Positions 54,065 through 62,608 of a stretch of DNA of 64,000 bases are shown piece after piece (position 1 is the stretch's first letter; each line of letters begins with the position of its first letter). A model generated the notes under the pieces. It had not been told where the DNA came from. It saw nothing but the letters and a program-made list of their open reading frames with translations, and ran no database searches. Where the stretch lies: assembly GCA_963717295.1 (NCBI GenBank), contig OY970330.1, positions 5,227,717 to 5,291,716 on the forward strand. Direction: 5' to 3'. The translations under genes were made by a program, and so were the position numbers. The DNA is from Thermoanaerobaculaceae bacterium. GTDB taxonomy: Bacteria; Acidobacteriota; Thermoanaerobaculia; Multivoradales; UBA5704.

Positions 54065-54123
54065 GGACCCTCACCCCCGCCACGGGTTGACAACACTACG
54101 GGGAACCCGTAGTTTGACCGAGG

Positions 54124-54411
54124 ATGGATTACGAGTGGGATGCCGCGAAGGCTGCCGAGAATCTCCGCAAGCACGGCATCGACTTCACCGATTCCATCGC
54201 GGCGCTTGAAGATCCGAACCGGCTGGAGGAGATCGACAGTCGATTCGAGTATGGGGAAGAACGAAGACGGGTCCTCGGGATGACCATCCGCAATGTCCTC
54301 TTCGTTGTCGTGACTTTGCGCGATGAGGAGACTTGCCGGATCATCTCTGCCCGGAGGGCGACGCGATATGAGCAAGACCGGTACTACGCGGGTGACCGTG
54401 AAACCTGGTGA
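54124..54411 (+). CDS. brnT: BrnT-family ribonuclease toxin (DUF497)
   Basis: MDYEWDAAKAAENLRKHGIDFTDSIAALEDP...RRVLGMT...RIISARRATRYEQDRY. Confidence 0.75.
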   Translation: MDYEWDAAKAAENLRKHGIDFTDSIAALEDPNRLEEIDSRFEYGEERRRVLGMTIRNVLFVVVTLRDEETCRIISARRATRYEQDRYYAGDRETW

Positions 54412-54739
54412 GGAGCTACCTCGCGGTGAGACCGATTGGACGCGGGTGAGCGCGATGACGGATGAAGAGGTGCTGGCTGCGGCACTCTCGGATCCCGATG
54501 CCCAGCCGCTCGACGGGGAGTCCTTGGCGAAGATGCGCCGGGTCTCTCCTGTGAAGGCCTTGCGGCAGCGGCTCGGCATGACCCAGGTCGAGTTTGCGGA
54601 AGCCTTCGGGCTGCCCGTCAGCACTCTGCGGGATTGGGAGCAGCACCGCAGCACTCCAGACGCACCAGCCCGCGCGTTGCTGCGAGCGATCGGCCGCGAG
54701 CCCGAGACGATGCGGCGTTTGCTGTCTCGGGCGGCTTGA
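54368..54739 (+). CDS. brnA: BrnA antitoxin (HTH)
   Basis: ATG at 54368 overlaps the brnT 3' end. ...LRQRLGMTQVEFAEAFGLPVSTLRDWEQHRSTPDAPARALLRAI HTH. Confidence 0.7.
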   Translation: MSKTGTTRVTVKPGEELPRGETDWTRVSAMTDEEVLAAALSDPDAQPLDGESLAKMRRVSPVKALRQRLGMTQVEFAEAFGLPVSTLRDWEQHRSTPDAPARALLRAIGREPETMRRLLSRAA

Positions 54740-54756
54740 AGGCTCGAGTGGAAAGG

Positions 54757-54985
54757 CCCGAAGGGCCGACAGCATGTAGCCTGGGGCTAGCGCTTTTTGC
54801 CAGCCCCAGGTAGACGGCCCCAAAAACATCCGAAGCCCCGAAGGGGTGGCGGCAGTTTGCTTCAAACGATGGGCTGCCGTCGCCCCTATCGGGGCTATGG
54901 GAAATGTGGGGGGCGTGGGTTCCTGGGGCTGGCAAAAAAGCGCCAGCCCCAGGCTACATGCCGCTGCCCCTTCGGGGCAAACCTG
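54757..54985. repeat. hairpin-dense MITE-like element: ~45-bp inverted repeats each containing CCTGGGGCTrGC-loop-GCCAGCCCCAGG, plus several cgaa/ttcg tetraloop hairpins
   Basis: ...gacagcatgtagcctggggctagcgctttttgccagccccagg... versus ...cctggggctggcaaaaaagcgccagccccaggctacatgccgctg.... Also ggcccgaagggcc, ccccgaagggg and gccccttcggggc. Fills the gap between convergent brnA and the carbamoyltransferase gene. Confidence 0.5.
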
Positions 54986-55079
54986 GGCTCACATGTCATC
55001 CAGTTCTGAGTCTGCGAAATGTGCATAAGAGGTTGGGCTCTCCCGGGGACGAGAGAGGGCCGGGTGATGAGGGGCGTGT

Positions 55080-56921
55080 TCAGTCCAACTGGAACTCCTG
55101 CCGCCAGTCCCCCTTCTCCTCCAGCGCCGGCTGCTGCTTCTTCTCCAGGAGGAATGTGCCCACCACGAGGTAGTCCATCTCGGTGCGCATGAAGCAGCGG
55201 TAGGCGTCCTCCGGGGTGCAGACGATGGGCTCGCCGCGGACGTTGAAGCTGGTGTTGACGATCACCCCGTAGCCGGTGAGCTTCTCGAACTCGGTGAGGA
55301 TGGCGTGGTAGCGCGGGCTCTCCTCGCCCACCGTCTGGATGCGCGCCGAGTAGTCGACGTGGGTGATGGCGGGCACGTCCGAGCGCGGGCGGTTGACCCA
55401 CTCCAGGAGCGGCAGGTCGTTCTCGTCCCCCCGTTTCGGGACGCGCCGGCTGGCCACCACGTCCGCCACCAGCAGCATGTAGGGCGAGGGACGATCGAGC
55501 TCGAAGTAGTCGGACACCCGCTCCTCCAGCACCGAAGGGGCGAACGGCCGGAAGCTCTCCCGGTACTTGATCTTCAGGTTCATCACCGACTGCATCCTGG
55601 GCGACCGGGCGTCGCCGATGATCGATCGGCCCCCCAGAGCCCGCGGCCCGAACTCCATCCGCCCCTGGCACAGGCCGATGACGTTCTCGCCCGCGATCAG
55701 CTCGGCGATGCGCCGCGCCCAGTCCGCCTCCGGTAGCTCCTCATAGGGAAGCTTGTGGAAGTCGAGGTAGTCCTTGATCTGCTCGCGGTGAAAGTCCGGC
55801 CCGAGGAGCGAGCCGCGCATGGCGTCCCGCGGCCGGCCGTTCGAGACGGTCACCGTCCGCGGCTTGTCCATGGCGTTGTGCCACACCGCGAGCGGCGCAC
55901 CCAGGGCGCCGCCGGCATCGCCCGCCGCGGGCTGGATCCAGATGTCGTCGAAGATCCCCTCCCGCAGCAGCACGCCGTTGGCGACGCAGTTGAGCGCCAC
56001 GCCGCCGGCCATGCAGAGGTTGCGCTTGCCGGTGAGCTGGCGGGCGTGGCGGGCGAGCTTCAGGACGACCTCCTCGGTGACCTCCTGGATCGACCGCGCG
56101 AGGTCCATCTCCCGCTTCGAAATGGGCGACTCGGGCTTCCGCGCCGGCCCGCCGAAGAGCTGGGCGAACTTCGCGTTCGTCATCTCCAGGCCGTCCAGAT
56201 AGCCGAAGTAGTCCATGTTCATGCGGAACGAGCCGTCGTCGCGCACGTCGATCAGCTCGCGCTTGATGACGTCGTTGTACTTCCCCTCGCCATAGGGGGC
56301 GAGGCCCATCAGCTTGTACTCGCCCGAGTTCACCCGGAAGCCGGTGAAGTAGGTGAAGGCCGAGTAGAGCAGGCCCAGCGAGTGGGGGAAGGGGATCTCC
56401 TGGATCAGCCGCAGCCGGTTCCCCTCGCCGACGCCGATGGTGGTGGTGGCCCACTCGCCCACGCCGTCGAGGGTCAGCACCGCCGCCTCGTCGAAGGGAG
56501 ACGGGTAGAAGGCGGACGCCGCGTGCGACTCGTGGTGGCGGGTGAAGAAGATGTCCTTCGGCTCGCCGACGCCGCAGCGGTCGAGCGCGTCCATGATGTG
56601 GGGCGGAATCCACAGCTTCTCGCGCAGCCAGAGGGGGAGGGCCATGACGGCCGACCGCAACCCCTTGGGTGCCACCGCGAGGTAGGTCTCCAGAATGCGG
56701 TGGAACTTGAGCAGCGGCTTGTCGTAGAAGACGACGCCATCCAGCTCGCCCTTGCCGACGCCGCCCTCCGCCAGGCAGTAGCGCACGGCGTTGAAGGGGA
56801 AGCCCTCGTCGTGCTTCTTGCGGGTGAACCGCTCTTCCTGGGCGGCGGCCACGATGCGGCCCGCGTCCACCAGGCAGGCGGCCGAGTCGTGGTAGTAGCA
56901 GGAGATGCCGAGGAGCTTCAT
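55080..56921 (-). CDS. NodU/CmcH-family carbamoyltransferase
   Basis: MKLLGISCYYHDSAACLVDAGRIVAAAQEERFTRKKHD... N-terminal Kae1/YgjD-like and C-terminal carbamoyltransferase domains. ATG 56919-56921. Confidence 0.85.
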   Translation of the reverse strand: MKLLGISCYYHDSAACLVDAGRIVAAAQEERFTRKKHDEGFPFNAVRYCLAEGGVGKGELDGVVFYDKPLLKFHRILETYLAVAPKGLRSAVMALPLWLREKLWIPPHIMDALDRCGVGEPKDIFFTRHHESHAASAFYPSPFDEAAVLTLDGVGEWATTTIGVGEGNRLRLIQEIPFPHSLGLLYSAFTYFTGFRVNSGEYKLMGLAPYGEGKYNDVIKRELIDVRDDGSFRMNMDYFGYLDGLEMTNAKFAQLFGGPARKPESPISKREMDLARSIQEVTEEVVLKLARHARQLTGKRNLCMAGGVALNCVANGVLLREGIFDDIWIQPAAGDAGGALGAPLAVWHNAMDKPRTVTVSNGRPRDAMRGSLLGPDFHREQIKDYLDFHKLPYEELPEADWARRIAELIAGENVIGLCQGRMEFGPRALGGRSIIGDARSPRMQSVMNLKIKYRESFRPFAPSVLEERVSDYFELDRPSPYMLLVADVVASRRVPKRGDENDLPLLEWVNRPRSDVPAITHVDYSARIQTVGEESPRYHAILTEFEKLTGYGVIVNTSFNVRGEPIVCTPEDAYRCFMRTEMDYLVVGTFLLEKKQQPALEEKGDWRQEFQLD

Positions 56922-56934
56922 CGTCTGGAGCTCT

Positions 56935-57435
56935 TTAGAACTGCCGCTTGTACGACTCGAGAGGGTTCTCCCGGTCGCCGGTCGAGATCCAGTAGGACGG
57001 CAGCGACCGTTCGGGACCCCGGGTGATCCCCAGCTTGTGGCCTGCCCGCAGCACGAGGCCGGCGGGCCAGAAGACGACATAGTAGAGGAAGGTCATCAGC
57101 ACCCAGGAGACGCCGGTCGCCACACCCCGGGCGAAAATCTCCAGCACGTGGTTGATCTTCTTGAATACCGTGAGGGGAGCCGCCAGGGCGATCAGCGCCA
57201 GGAGGACCGCGATCCCCGCAACCACTTCGGCCGACCGTACCTTGTGGCCGACGAAGTAGAGGAGCGCCGCGAAAGCGAGGCCCACCAGCAGGCCCACGAC
57301 GCCGCGGATGCGCAGCGACCGCGCCTCGGCCGCCAGCGAGTGCGTGACCAAGCCGGCGCGGTCCCGCCAGCTCCAGGCGATGGCGGAGGCTTCCGGGCGG
57401 CTCCCTTGGGTCGAGTCGATCATGGGATCATGCAT
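56935..57435 (-). CDS. hypothetical multi-pass membrane protein
   Basis: Likely start MHDPMIDSTQ. 3-4 TM helices. Gene ends 14 bp before the carbamoyltransferase start. Confidence 0.45.
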   Translation of the reverse strand: MHDPMIDSTQGSRPEASAIAWSWRDRAGLVTHSLAAEARSLRIRGVVGLLVGLAFAALLYFVGHKVRSAEVVAGIAVLLALIALAAPLTVFKKINHVLEIFARGVATGVSWVLMTFLYYVVFWPAGLVLRAGHKLGITRGPERSLPSYWISTGDRENPLESYKRQF

Positions 57436-57516
57436 ATACGTGGGCGCGCCGAGGCGGGGGTCCTCGAAGCGGGTCAGGATAGTCGGGAATGGGGGTGGAG
57501 GGCAAGGGCGGGGGCT

Positions 57517-57703
57517 AGAGAGTGTCTCAAAAGGAGCGACAGCCACGCCTATGTCGCCAGGGATTGAAATCGCCTGGCTACCGACTCTTGTCCCCTCCGG
57601 GACTGCTATTCGTTCTTCCAGTGTCCCGTAGGGACTACAGAGGGTAGCCAGGTGATTTCAATCCCTGGCGACATAGGCGTGGTCCGTCAACCATTTTTGA
57701 GAC
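57517..57703. mobile_element. MITE copy 2 (same family as 37001-37190)
   Basis: gtctcaaaaggagcgacagccacgcctatgtcgccagggattgaaatcgcctggctac ... gtagccaggtgatttcaatccctggcgacataggcgtgg...tttgagac. Followed at 57722-57775 by a member of the ctcttctcccgg hairpin family. Confidence 0.6.
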
Positions 57704-57892
57704 ACCTCTCAGACAGCCACTCCCTCTTCTCCCGGCGGGCGGGGGGGAGGCTGGGAGAAGAGGGCCGGGGTGATGAGGGCCAGCGCTGCGGGAACCATAC
57801 CGCCCCACCGGCTCGCTTGCTCGCCTCCTCTGCACTGTTTTGAATGGAGCCCGGCAGTCCGGCTGCCCCTCCATCTCGCGAAAGGAGACCCC

Positions 57893-58171
57893 ATGAAGAC
57901 CCTGCTCCGCACTTCCGGCCTCGTGGCCGCCCTCACCCTGGCATCCTTCGCCGCGGCCCGCGGCGCGTTTCCCCAGAACGGCACCTGCCGCACGACCTGC
58001 GTCACCCGCACGCCCCCCTCGATCACTACGGTGAGCTGGCAGACCACCGAATCGGTGTGCTGCAGCGGCACGGTCAACCCGTGCCCCGCGGGAACCACTC
58101 CGACCTCCTCCTCCTTCCTTCCCAACGGCGGCTTCGCGAGGTTCTGCGGTCCCAGCCAAGGCGGCGACTAG
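57893..58171 (+). CDS. small secreted Cys-rich protein (92 aa, 8 Cys)
   Basis: SD GAAAGGAG then ATG. Signal peptide MKTLLRTSGLVAALTLASFAAARG. Thr/Cys-rich mature region. Confidence 0.45.
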   Translation: MKTLLRTSGLVAALTLASFAAARGAFPQNGTCRTTCVTRTPPSITTVSWQTTESVCCSGTVNPCPAGTTPTSSSFLPNGGFARFCGPSQGGD

Positions 58172-58218
58172 CCCGTCTCGGTCCAGAAGCAACGCTACAC
58201 AACCCCAAGGGAGACGCT

Positions 58219-58353
58219 ATGAAAAAGAAGCTCGAGAAGAAGCTGACGGTGAACCGGGAGACCCTCAAGAACCTCGGAGAGAGCTTGGCCCTGGTTGTGG
58301 GAGGAAGTCCCAGCGTCAACGAAAATACCTGCTGCACGTGTCCCCTGACGTAA
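58219..58353 (+). CDS. putative RiPP/bacteriocin-like precursor peptide P1 (44 aa) with Lys-rich leader and Gly-Gly motif
   Basis: SD AAGGGAG. MKKKLEKKLTVNRETLKNLGESLALVVGG | SPSVNENTCCTCPLT. The leader motif is shared with P2 at 62228-62395. Confidence 0.5.
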   Translation: MKKKLEKKLTVNRETLKNLGESLALVVGGSPSVNENTCCTCPLT

Positions 58354-58467
58354 GGACGGCGTAGATCGTCGCTCGGGATGCCGGCATGACAGGCGTCCGG
58401 CATCTCGGGTGATCCACGCCTGAGCTTCGAGCGTGGAGGCTGCGGGCTCTATACAATTCCCGCCGCC

Positions 58468-59499
58468 ATGACTCCCCCGCCCCCCGTCCCCTCGCCCTCG
58501 CGCATCCTCGACCTCCCCGGTTTCAAGATCGGCCACGGCTCGGACCGCGAGGCGCTGACCGGCACCACGGTCATCCTCTGCCCTGAGGGGATGTCGGCCA
58601 CCGCCGAGGTGCGCGGCTCGGCGACCGGCACCCGCCAGTTCGACTCGCTGGTCTCGATCCAGCACCTGGGGAGCAGAGCCCACGCGGTGGTCCTCTCGGG
58701 CGGCAGCGGCTTCGGGCTCTCGGCGGCCGACCCGATCGTCGACTGGCTGGCGCGCCAGGGCTTCGGATTCCAGACCGGCGTCGCCCCCGTGCCCCTGGTC
58801 CCCACCGCCATCCTCTTCGACCTTTACCGTAGCGATCCGTTGACCCGCCCCACCCGTGCCCTCTCCGAGGCGGCCTTGGCGAACGCCGCCGCGGGGGAGA
58901 TCGCCGTGGGGAGCGTCGGCGCGGGAGTGGGAGCGACGGTGGGCAAGGCGATGGGACCGACGTGCGGGATGAAAGGGGGATTCGGCTTCGCCAGCCTCAC
59001 GGTTCCAGGTGGCCCCACGGTCGCCGCCGCCGTGGCCGTCAATGCCTTTGGCGACGTCCGCCGTCTGGACGGCACCGTCCTCGCCGGCTGCCGCACCACC
59101 CCGGACTCGCTGGAGCTGGCGGACGCCGAGCGGGTGATCGCCAACCTGCCGCCCGACTCGTCCAGCCCCTGGGAAGGGAACACCACCCTGGCCGTCGTGA
59201 TGACCGACGCCATCCTCTCCAAGCCGATGAGCCTCAAGGTCTGCGCCATGGCCTTCGGCGGCTTCTACCGCACCCTCTCCCCCGCCCTTTCGCTCTTCGA
59301 CGGCGACCTCATCGTCGTCCTCTCCTCCAACCAACGCCGCGCCCACGTCAACCAGATCGGCGTCCTCGCCGAGCGGGCCGTGGCCGAGGCGATCCTCACC
59401 GGCGTCGCCGAGGCGGATGGGTTCGGGATCCTGCCGGCGGCGCGAGACCTCGCGGCCTGGGGCTCGCTTCCTTCAGCAGCCGGCACACTTCAAAGATAG
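58468..59499 (+). CDS. DmpA/S58-family (P1-type) aminopeptidase/amidase, Ntn-hydrolase fold
   Basis: 343 aa. PGFKIGHGSD...TTVILCPEG...GGSGFGL and a Gly-rich autoprocessing region. Confidence 0.65.
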   Translation: MTPPPPVPSPSRILDLPGFKIGHGSDREALTGTTVILCPEGMSATAEVRGSATGTRQFDSLVSIQHLGSRAHAVVLSGGSGFGLSAADPIVDWLARQGFGFQTGVAPVPLVPTAILFDLYRSDPLTRPTRALSEAALANAAAGEIAVGSVGAGVGATVGKAMGPTCGMKGGFGFASLTVPGGPTVAAAVAVNAFGDVRRLDGTVLAGCRTTPDSLELADAERVIANLPPDSSSPWEGNTTLAVVMTDAILSKPMSLKVCAMAFGGFYRTLSPALSLFDGDLIVVLSSNQRRAHVNQIGVLAERAVAEAILTGVAEADGFGILPAARDLAAWGSLPSAAGTLQR

Positions 59500-59524
59500 A
59501 GGATCTCTGAAAGGAGAGTGCGAG

Positions 59525-59716
59525 ATGCGAAAGAAGCTGATCTTCCTGGCCTTCATCACTGTGAGTGCCGCGGCTCAGCTCGGCTTGTTCTCGGCCCGTC
59601 CGGCTCATGCCGATGAGTGCTGGTGGGTCTGTTGCCCCGGTTTTGACTTTGATCCCGCCTATTGCACCGTTTGCTGCGTGGACAGGTTTTGCTGGCAACC
59701 GACCTGCCCGACCTGA
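59525..59716 (+). CDS. small secreted Cys/Trp-rich peptide (63 aa, 9 Cys)
   Basis: SD AAAGGAG. MRKKLIFLAFITVSAAAQLGLFSARPAHA | DECWWVCCPGFDFDPAYCTVCCVDRFCWQPTCPT. Confidence 0.45.
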   Translation: MRKKLIFLAFITVSAAAQLGLFSARPAHADECWWVCCPGFDFDPAYCTVCCVDRFCWQPTCPT

Positions 59717-59755
59717 GCTGCGCCCGGTTAGGAGCCGTGCCTCCCGGGGGGTAAG

Positions 59756-60583
59756 ATGCCCCTGGGAGGACTTGAGACCTTGGTGACCCGCAATCCCTAT
59801 CCCCGTCGAATCGACTTCGGCCTCTCGGGGCCGGTGCCGCGGGACCTGATCGCCATCCTGGTGGTCCTGTTCGTCACGTTCTCGATGTCGTTCTTCCGGT
59901 CGACCGAGGCGGTGCCGCTGGCGCTGATCCTGACTCCGGAGGTCTGGCGTAACGCCCAGGTGTGGCGGCTCGCCACCTACCCCTTCGTGGGCGCCGGAGC
60001 CCCGGGGATCTGGATCCTTCTCCAGCTCCTCATCCTCTACATGTTCGGCAAGGACGTGTACTTCGGCCTCTACCGCCGGCACTTCTGGCGGCTGATCGCG
60101 TTCGCCGCCCTGGGCGCCGGACTGGTCGCCGTGGGAGCTCACGCGCTGGTTACGACGACCGGCCTCCTGGAGGTGCCGGCGCCGTTCGTGCTCATCCGCG
60201 GGCAGCTCCTCCTGACGACGATCTTCATCGCCGCCTTCGCCACCGCCCACGCCGACGCCACCATCCTCCTCTTCTTCATCCTGCCACTGCGCGCCGGGTG
60301 GTTCCTGTGGCTGGAGATCCTCTTCGGCTTCCTCGGCTTCCTGAGCACCAAGGATCTCCCGGGCTTCCTGGGGATCTGCGCCGCCGTGGCCATCTCCAAC
60401 CTCTACGTGAAGTCCAGCGGCTCGATGGCCAAGGGCGGCCGGCGGACGCTCCGCGAGATGCGGCTCCGCCTGGAGCGCTGGTGGATTCAGAAGAAGCTGG
60501 AGCGCAACCGGCGCAAGCGGGGCTTCCGGGTCATCGACGGCGAGCGCGACCGCAACGTGCGCAAGGGGCCCTGGGTGAACTGA
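59756..60583 (+). CDS. rhomboid-family intramembrane serine protease
   Basis: 275 aa, 6-7 TM helices. GxSG-like and His-containing helices typical of GlpG-like rhomboids. Basic C-terminal tail. Confidence 0.7.
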   Translation: MPLGGLETLVTRNPYPRRIDFGLSGPVPRDLIAILVVLFVTFSMSFFRSTEAVPLALILTPEVWRNAQVWRLATYPFVGAGAPGIWILLQLLILYMFGKDVYFGLYRRHFWRLIAFAALGAGLVAVGAHALVTTTGLLEVPAPFVLIRGQLLLTTIFIAAFATAHADATILLFFILPLRAGWFLWLEILFGFLGFLSTKDLPGFLGICAAVAISNLYVKSSGSMAKGGRRTLREMRLRLERWWIQKKLERNRRKRGFRVIDGERDRNVRKGPWVN

Positions 60584-60622
60584 AGGCGTCGCCGGAGCTT
60601 CCGCCGGCGTCTTTTGTCCTCC

Positions 60623-60727
60623 CGCCGGCAGCGGCGAGCCTCTCGCCGGTAGCGGCGGACCTCTCGCCGCCAGCGGCGAAGCTCCCGCCGGTAGCGGCGA
60701 ACCATCCGCCGGCAGCGGCGAGACTCC
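60623..60727 (+). repeat. five tandem 21-bp repeats CGCCGGyAGCGGCGrrsCTCy
   Basis: Immediately 3' of the rhomboid gene. One frame reads as a heptad LPPAAAS/LSPVAAD/LSPPAAK/LPPVAAN, but no start codon precedes it. Confidence 0.6.
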
Positions 60728-60891
60728 GCGAGGTCGGCTGGATCCTCCATGAGCAAGCCGACGGCCTCCGTGAGGCAGGAGCGGACCTTCGCGAGCTGGC
60801 GGGGGACCTCCGAGAGGTCGCTGCGAGCCTTCCGCCGGTCGCCGCGGGCCGATTTTAGGAAGCGGCGGGCCGATTACCGGGGACTTGAGGA

Positions 60892-62091
60892 CTACGGACT
60901 CTGGGTGCGGTCCTTCGGCAGCAACACCCACATCTTCCCCCGGTTCTTCATTCGCCCCGCGATGGCCTCCGCGTCCGGGCCGAAGCCCCAGAAGACGTCC
61001 CCGCGGATCGGGCCGCGGATGGCGCCGCCGGTATCCTGGGCCACGAGGAGCCGGCGGAGCTTGCGGTCGGGCTCGCCGGGCTTCGGGGAGGGCGAACTGG
61101 TGGCCAGCCAGACGGGGGTGCCCAGGGCGTGGTAGGTGAGGTCCACCGCCAGCGAGCGGCCCGGGGTGAGAGGGATGCCCTGGGCGCCGAGGGGGGCCTC
61201 GCCATGGGTCGTCTCGAAGAAGACGTAGGAGGCGTTGCGCTCCATCACCTCCCGCGCCTGGTCCGGATGCGCCTCCAGCCAGGCGCGGATCGTCTGCAGG
61301 GAGACCTCCTTGGCAGGCAGAGCGTGGCGGGCGATCAGCTCGCGGCCGATGGCCGTGTAGGGCTGGCCGTTCTGGGCGGCGTAGCCGACGCGCAGCTCGC
61401 GGCCGTCATCCATGCGGATGCGGCCCGAGCCCTGGACCTCCAGGAAGAAGGCACCCACCGGATCGTTCACCCAGGCGATCTCCAGCTTGCGGCCGGCGAG
61501 CGCCCCGGCGTCGATCGCCTTGCGGTCCGGAAAAGGGAGAAGCTGGCCCTTCACGTTCAGGCCGGCGATGCGCTGCCCCTTGAGCGCGTCGCGGAAGCGG
61601 CCGAGGTCGACCATCACCAGCTCCGGCGGCCGGGCGTAGAGCGGCACGGTGTATTGGCCGTGCCGCGTGCGGCTCCCCTGGAGGAGCGCCTCGTAATACC
61701 CGGTGAAGAGCCCCACCGGAATCCGTGGATTGAGCGTGGACCAGGGCCGGAAGTTGTCCTCGAAGAACCGCCGGGCCGCCGCGCGGTCGCCCGCCGGCAC
61801 CTTGGCCGCCGCGGCGCAGGCCGGCTGCCAATCGCCCGGGCTGGCGGTGAGGACCCGGCAGGATCGCAGGAAAACCGGCACCGCCTCTTCGAGCGCGTCC
61901 GCCTCCCAACCCGGCAGATCCGTGAACGTCGCCGGATTGAGGACCAGCCGCTCCCCCGGCGGATATGCCGTGAACCATCCCGAGAACACCTCTCCAGCCC
62001 CCCGCCACCGGGCCAGCCAAAACCGCAACCCGAGGGCTGCCAGGACCAATGCGATGAGGACGACGAGGACGATGGCGGAACGGCGCGGCAT
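60892..62091 (-). CDS. mltA: membrane-bound lytic murein transglycosylase A
   Basis: 399 aa, N-terminal TM anchor. MltA/3D-domain pattern (...GLFTGYYEALLQG...IAWVNDPVGAFFLEVQGSGRI...). Confidence 0.8.
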   Translation of the reverse strand: MPRRSAIVLVVLIALVLAALGLRFWLARWRGAGEVFSGWFTAYPPGERLVLNPATFTDLPGWEADALEEAVPVFLRSCRVLTASPGDWQPACAAAAKVPAGDRAAARRFFEDNFRPWSTLNPRIPVGLFTGYYEALLQGSRTRHGQYTVPLYARPPELVMVDLGRFRDALKGQRIAGLNVKGQLLPFPDRKAIDAGALAGRKLEIAWVNDPVGAFFLEVQGSGRIRMDDGRELRVGYAAQNGQPYTAIGRELIARHALPAKEVSLQTIRAWLEAHPDQAREVMERNASYVFFETTHGEAPLGAQGIPLTPGRSLAVDLTYHALGTPVWLATSSPSPKPGEPDRKLRRLLVAQDTGGAIRGPIRGDVFWGFGPDAEAIAGRMKNRGKMWVLLPKDRTQSP

Positions 62092-62227
62092 GAGGAGAGC
62101 TTATCGTTGATGGCTGATTTGCCCCAGGCGAAGTCTCGTTACCACCGCTGTCACCCGCCCGGCAAGGACAGGCACTCTCTAAGAGGGCGGACATTCCCGC
62201 GAGCCCATCTTGCCAGCAGGAGACGAC

Positions 62228-62395
62228 CATGAAGAAGGAGCTCATGAAGCAGCGCGCGGCCCAGAAAAGGCTCACCCTCAGCAAGGAGACCCTGCGCCGG
62301 CTCGAAGAGACCGAGCTGCGGGACGTCGCGGGCCAGGACAAGCCGGCGACCAACGGCGGGACCTGCTCGACGGGCCACCTGCTCTGCACCTGCTG
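62228..62395 (+). CDS. putative RiPP/bacteriocin-like precursor peptide P2 (55 aa)
   Basis: SD AGGAGA. MKKELMKQRAAQKRLTLSKETLRRLEETELRDVAGQDKPATNGG | TCSTGHLLCTC. Leader shares K-x-L-T-(V/L)-x-(R/K)-E-T-L-(K/R)-x-L with P1. Confidence 0.5.
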
Positions 62396-62608
62396 ACGAG
62401 CGGCTAGACCCCGGTCCGCGCCCCCGCCACCGCCTCTATTTGTCGGGCGATCTCGTCCCAGTCATACCCCGGCGGTGCGGGCGAGGGCGTTGGCGCGGAG
62501 GCCGGGGGCCTGATTCGTTGGGAGCTTAAGCGGGATTGTCATCTTCCAATCCATCCGAAAGTCGGATAGTATGCAACATTGAGATGGATTGAAAGGATAC
62601 TATCCCGC

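Noticed and set aside
60487-60756. 89-aa Arg-rich minus-strand ORF (RRYRRELRRWRREVRRYRRE...)
   Set aside because: It is simply the reverse-strand reading of the 21-bp tandem repeat, with no start context or homology.
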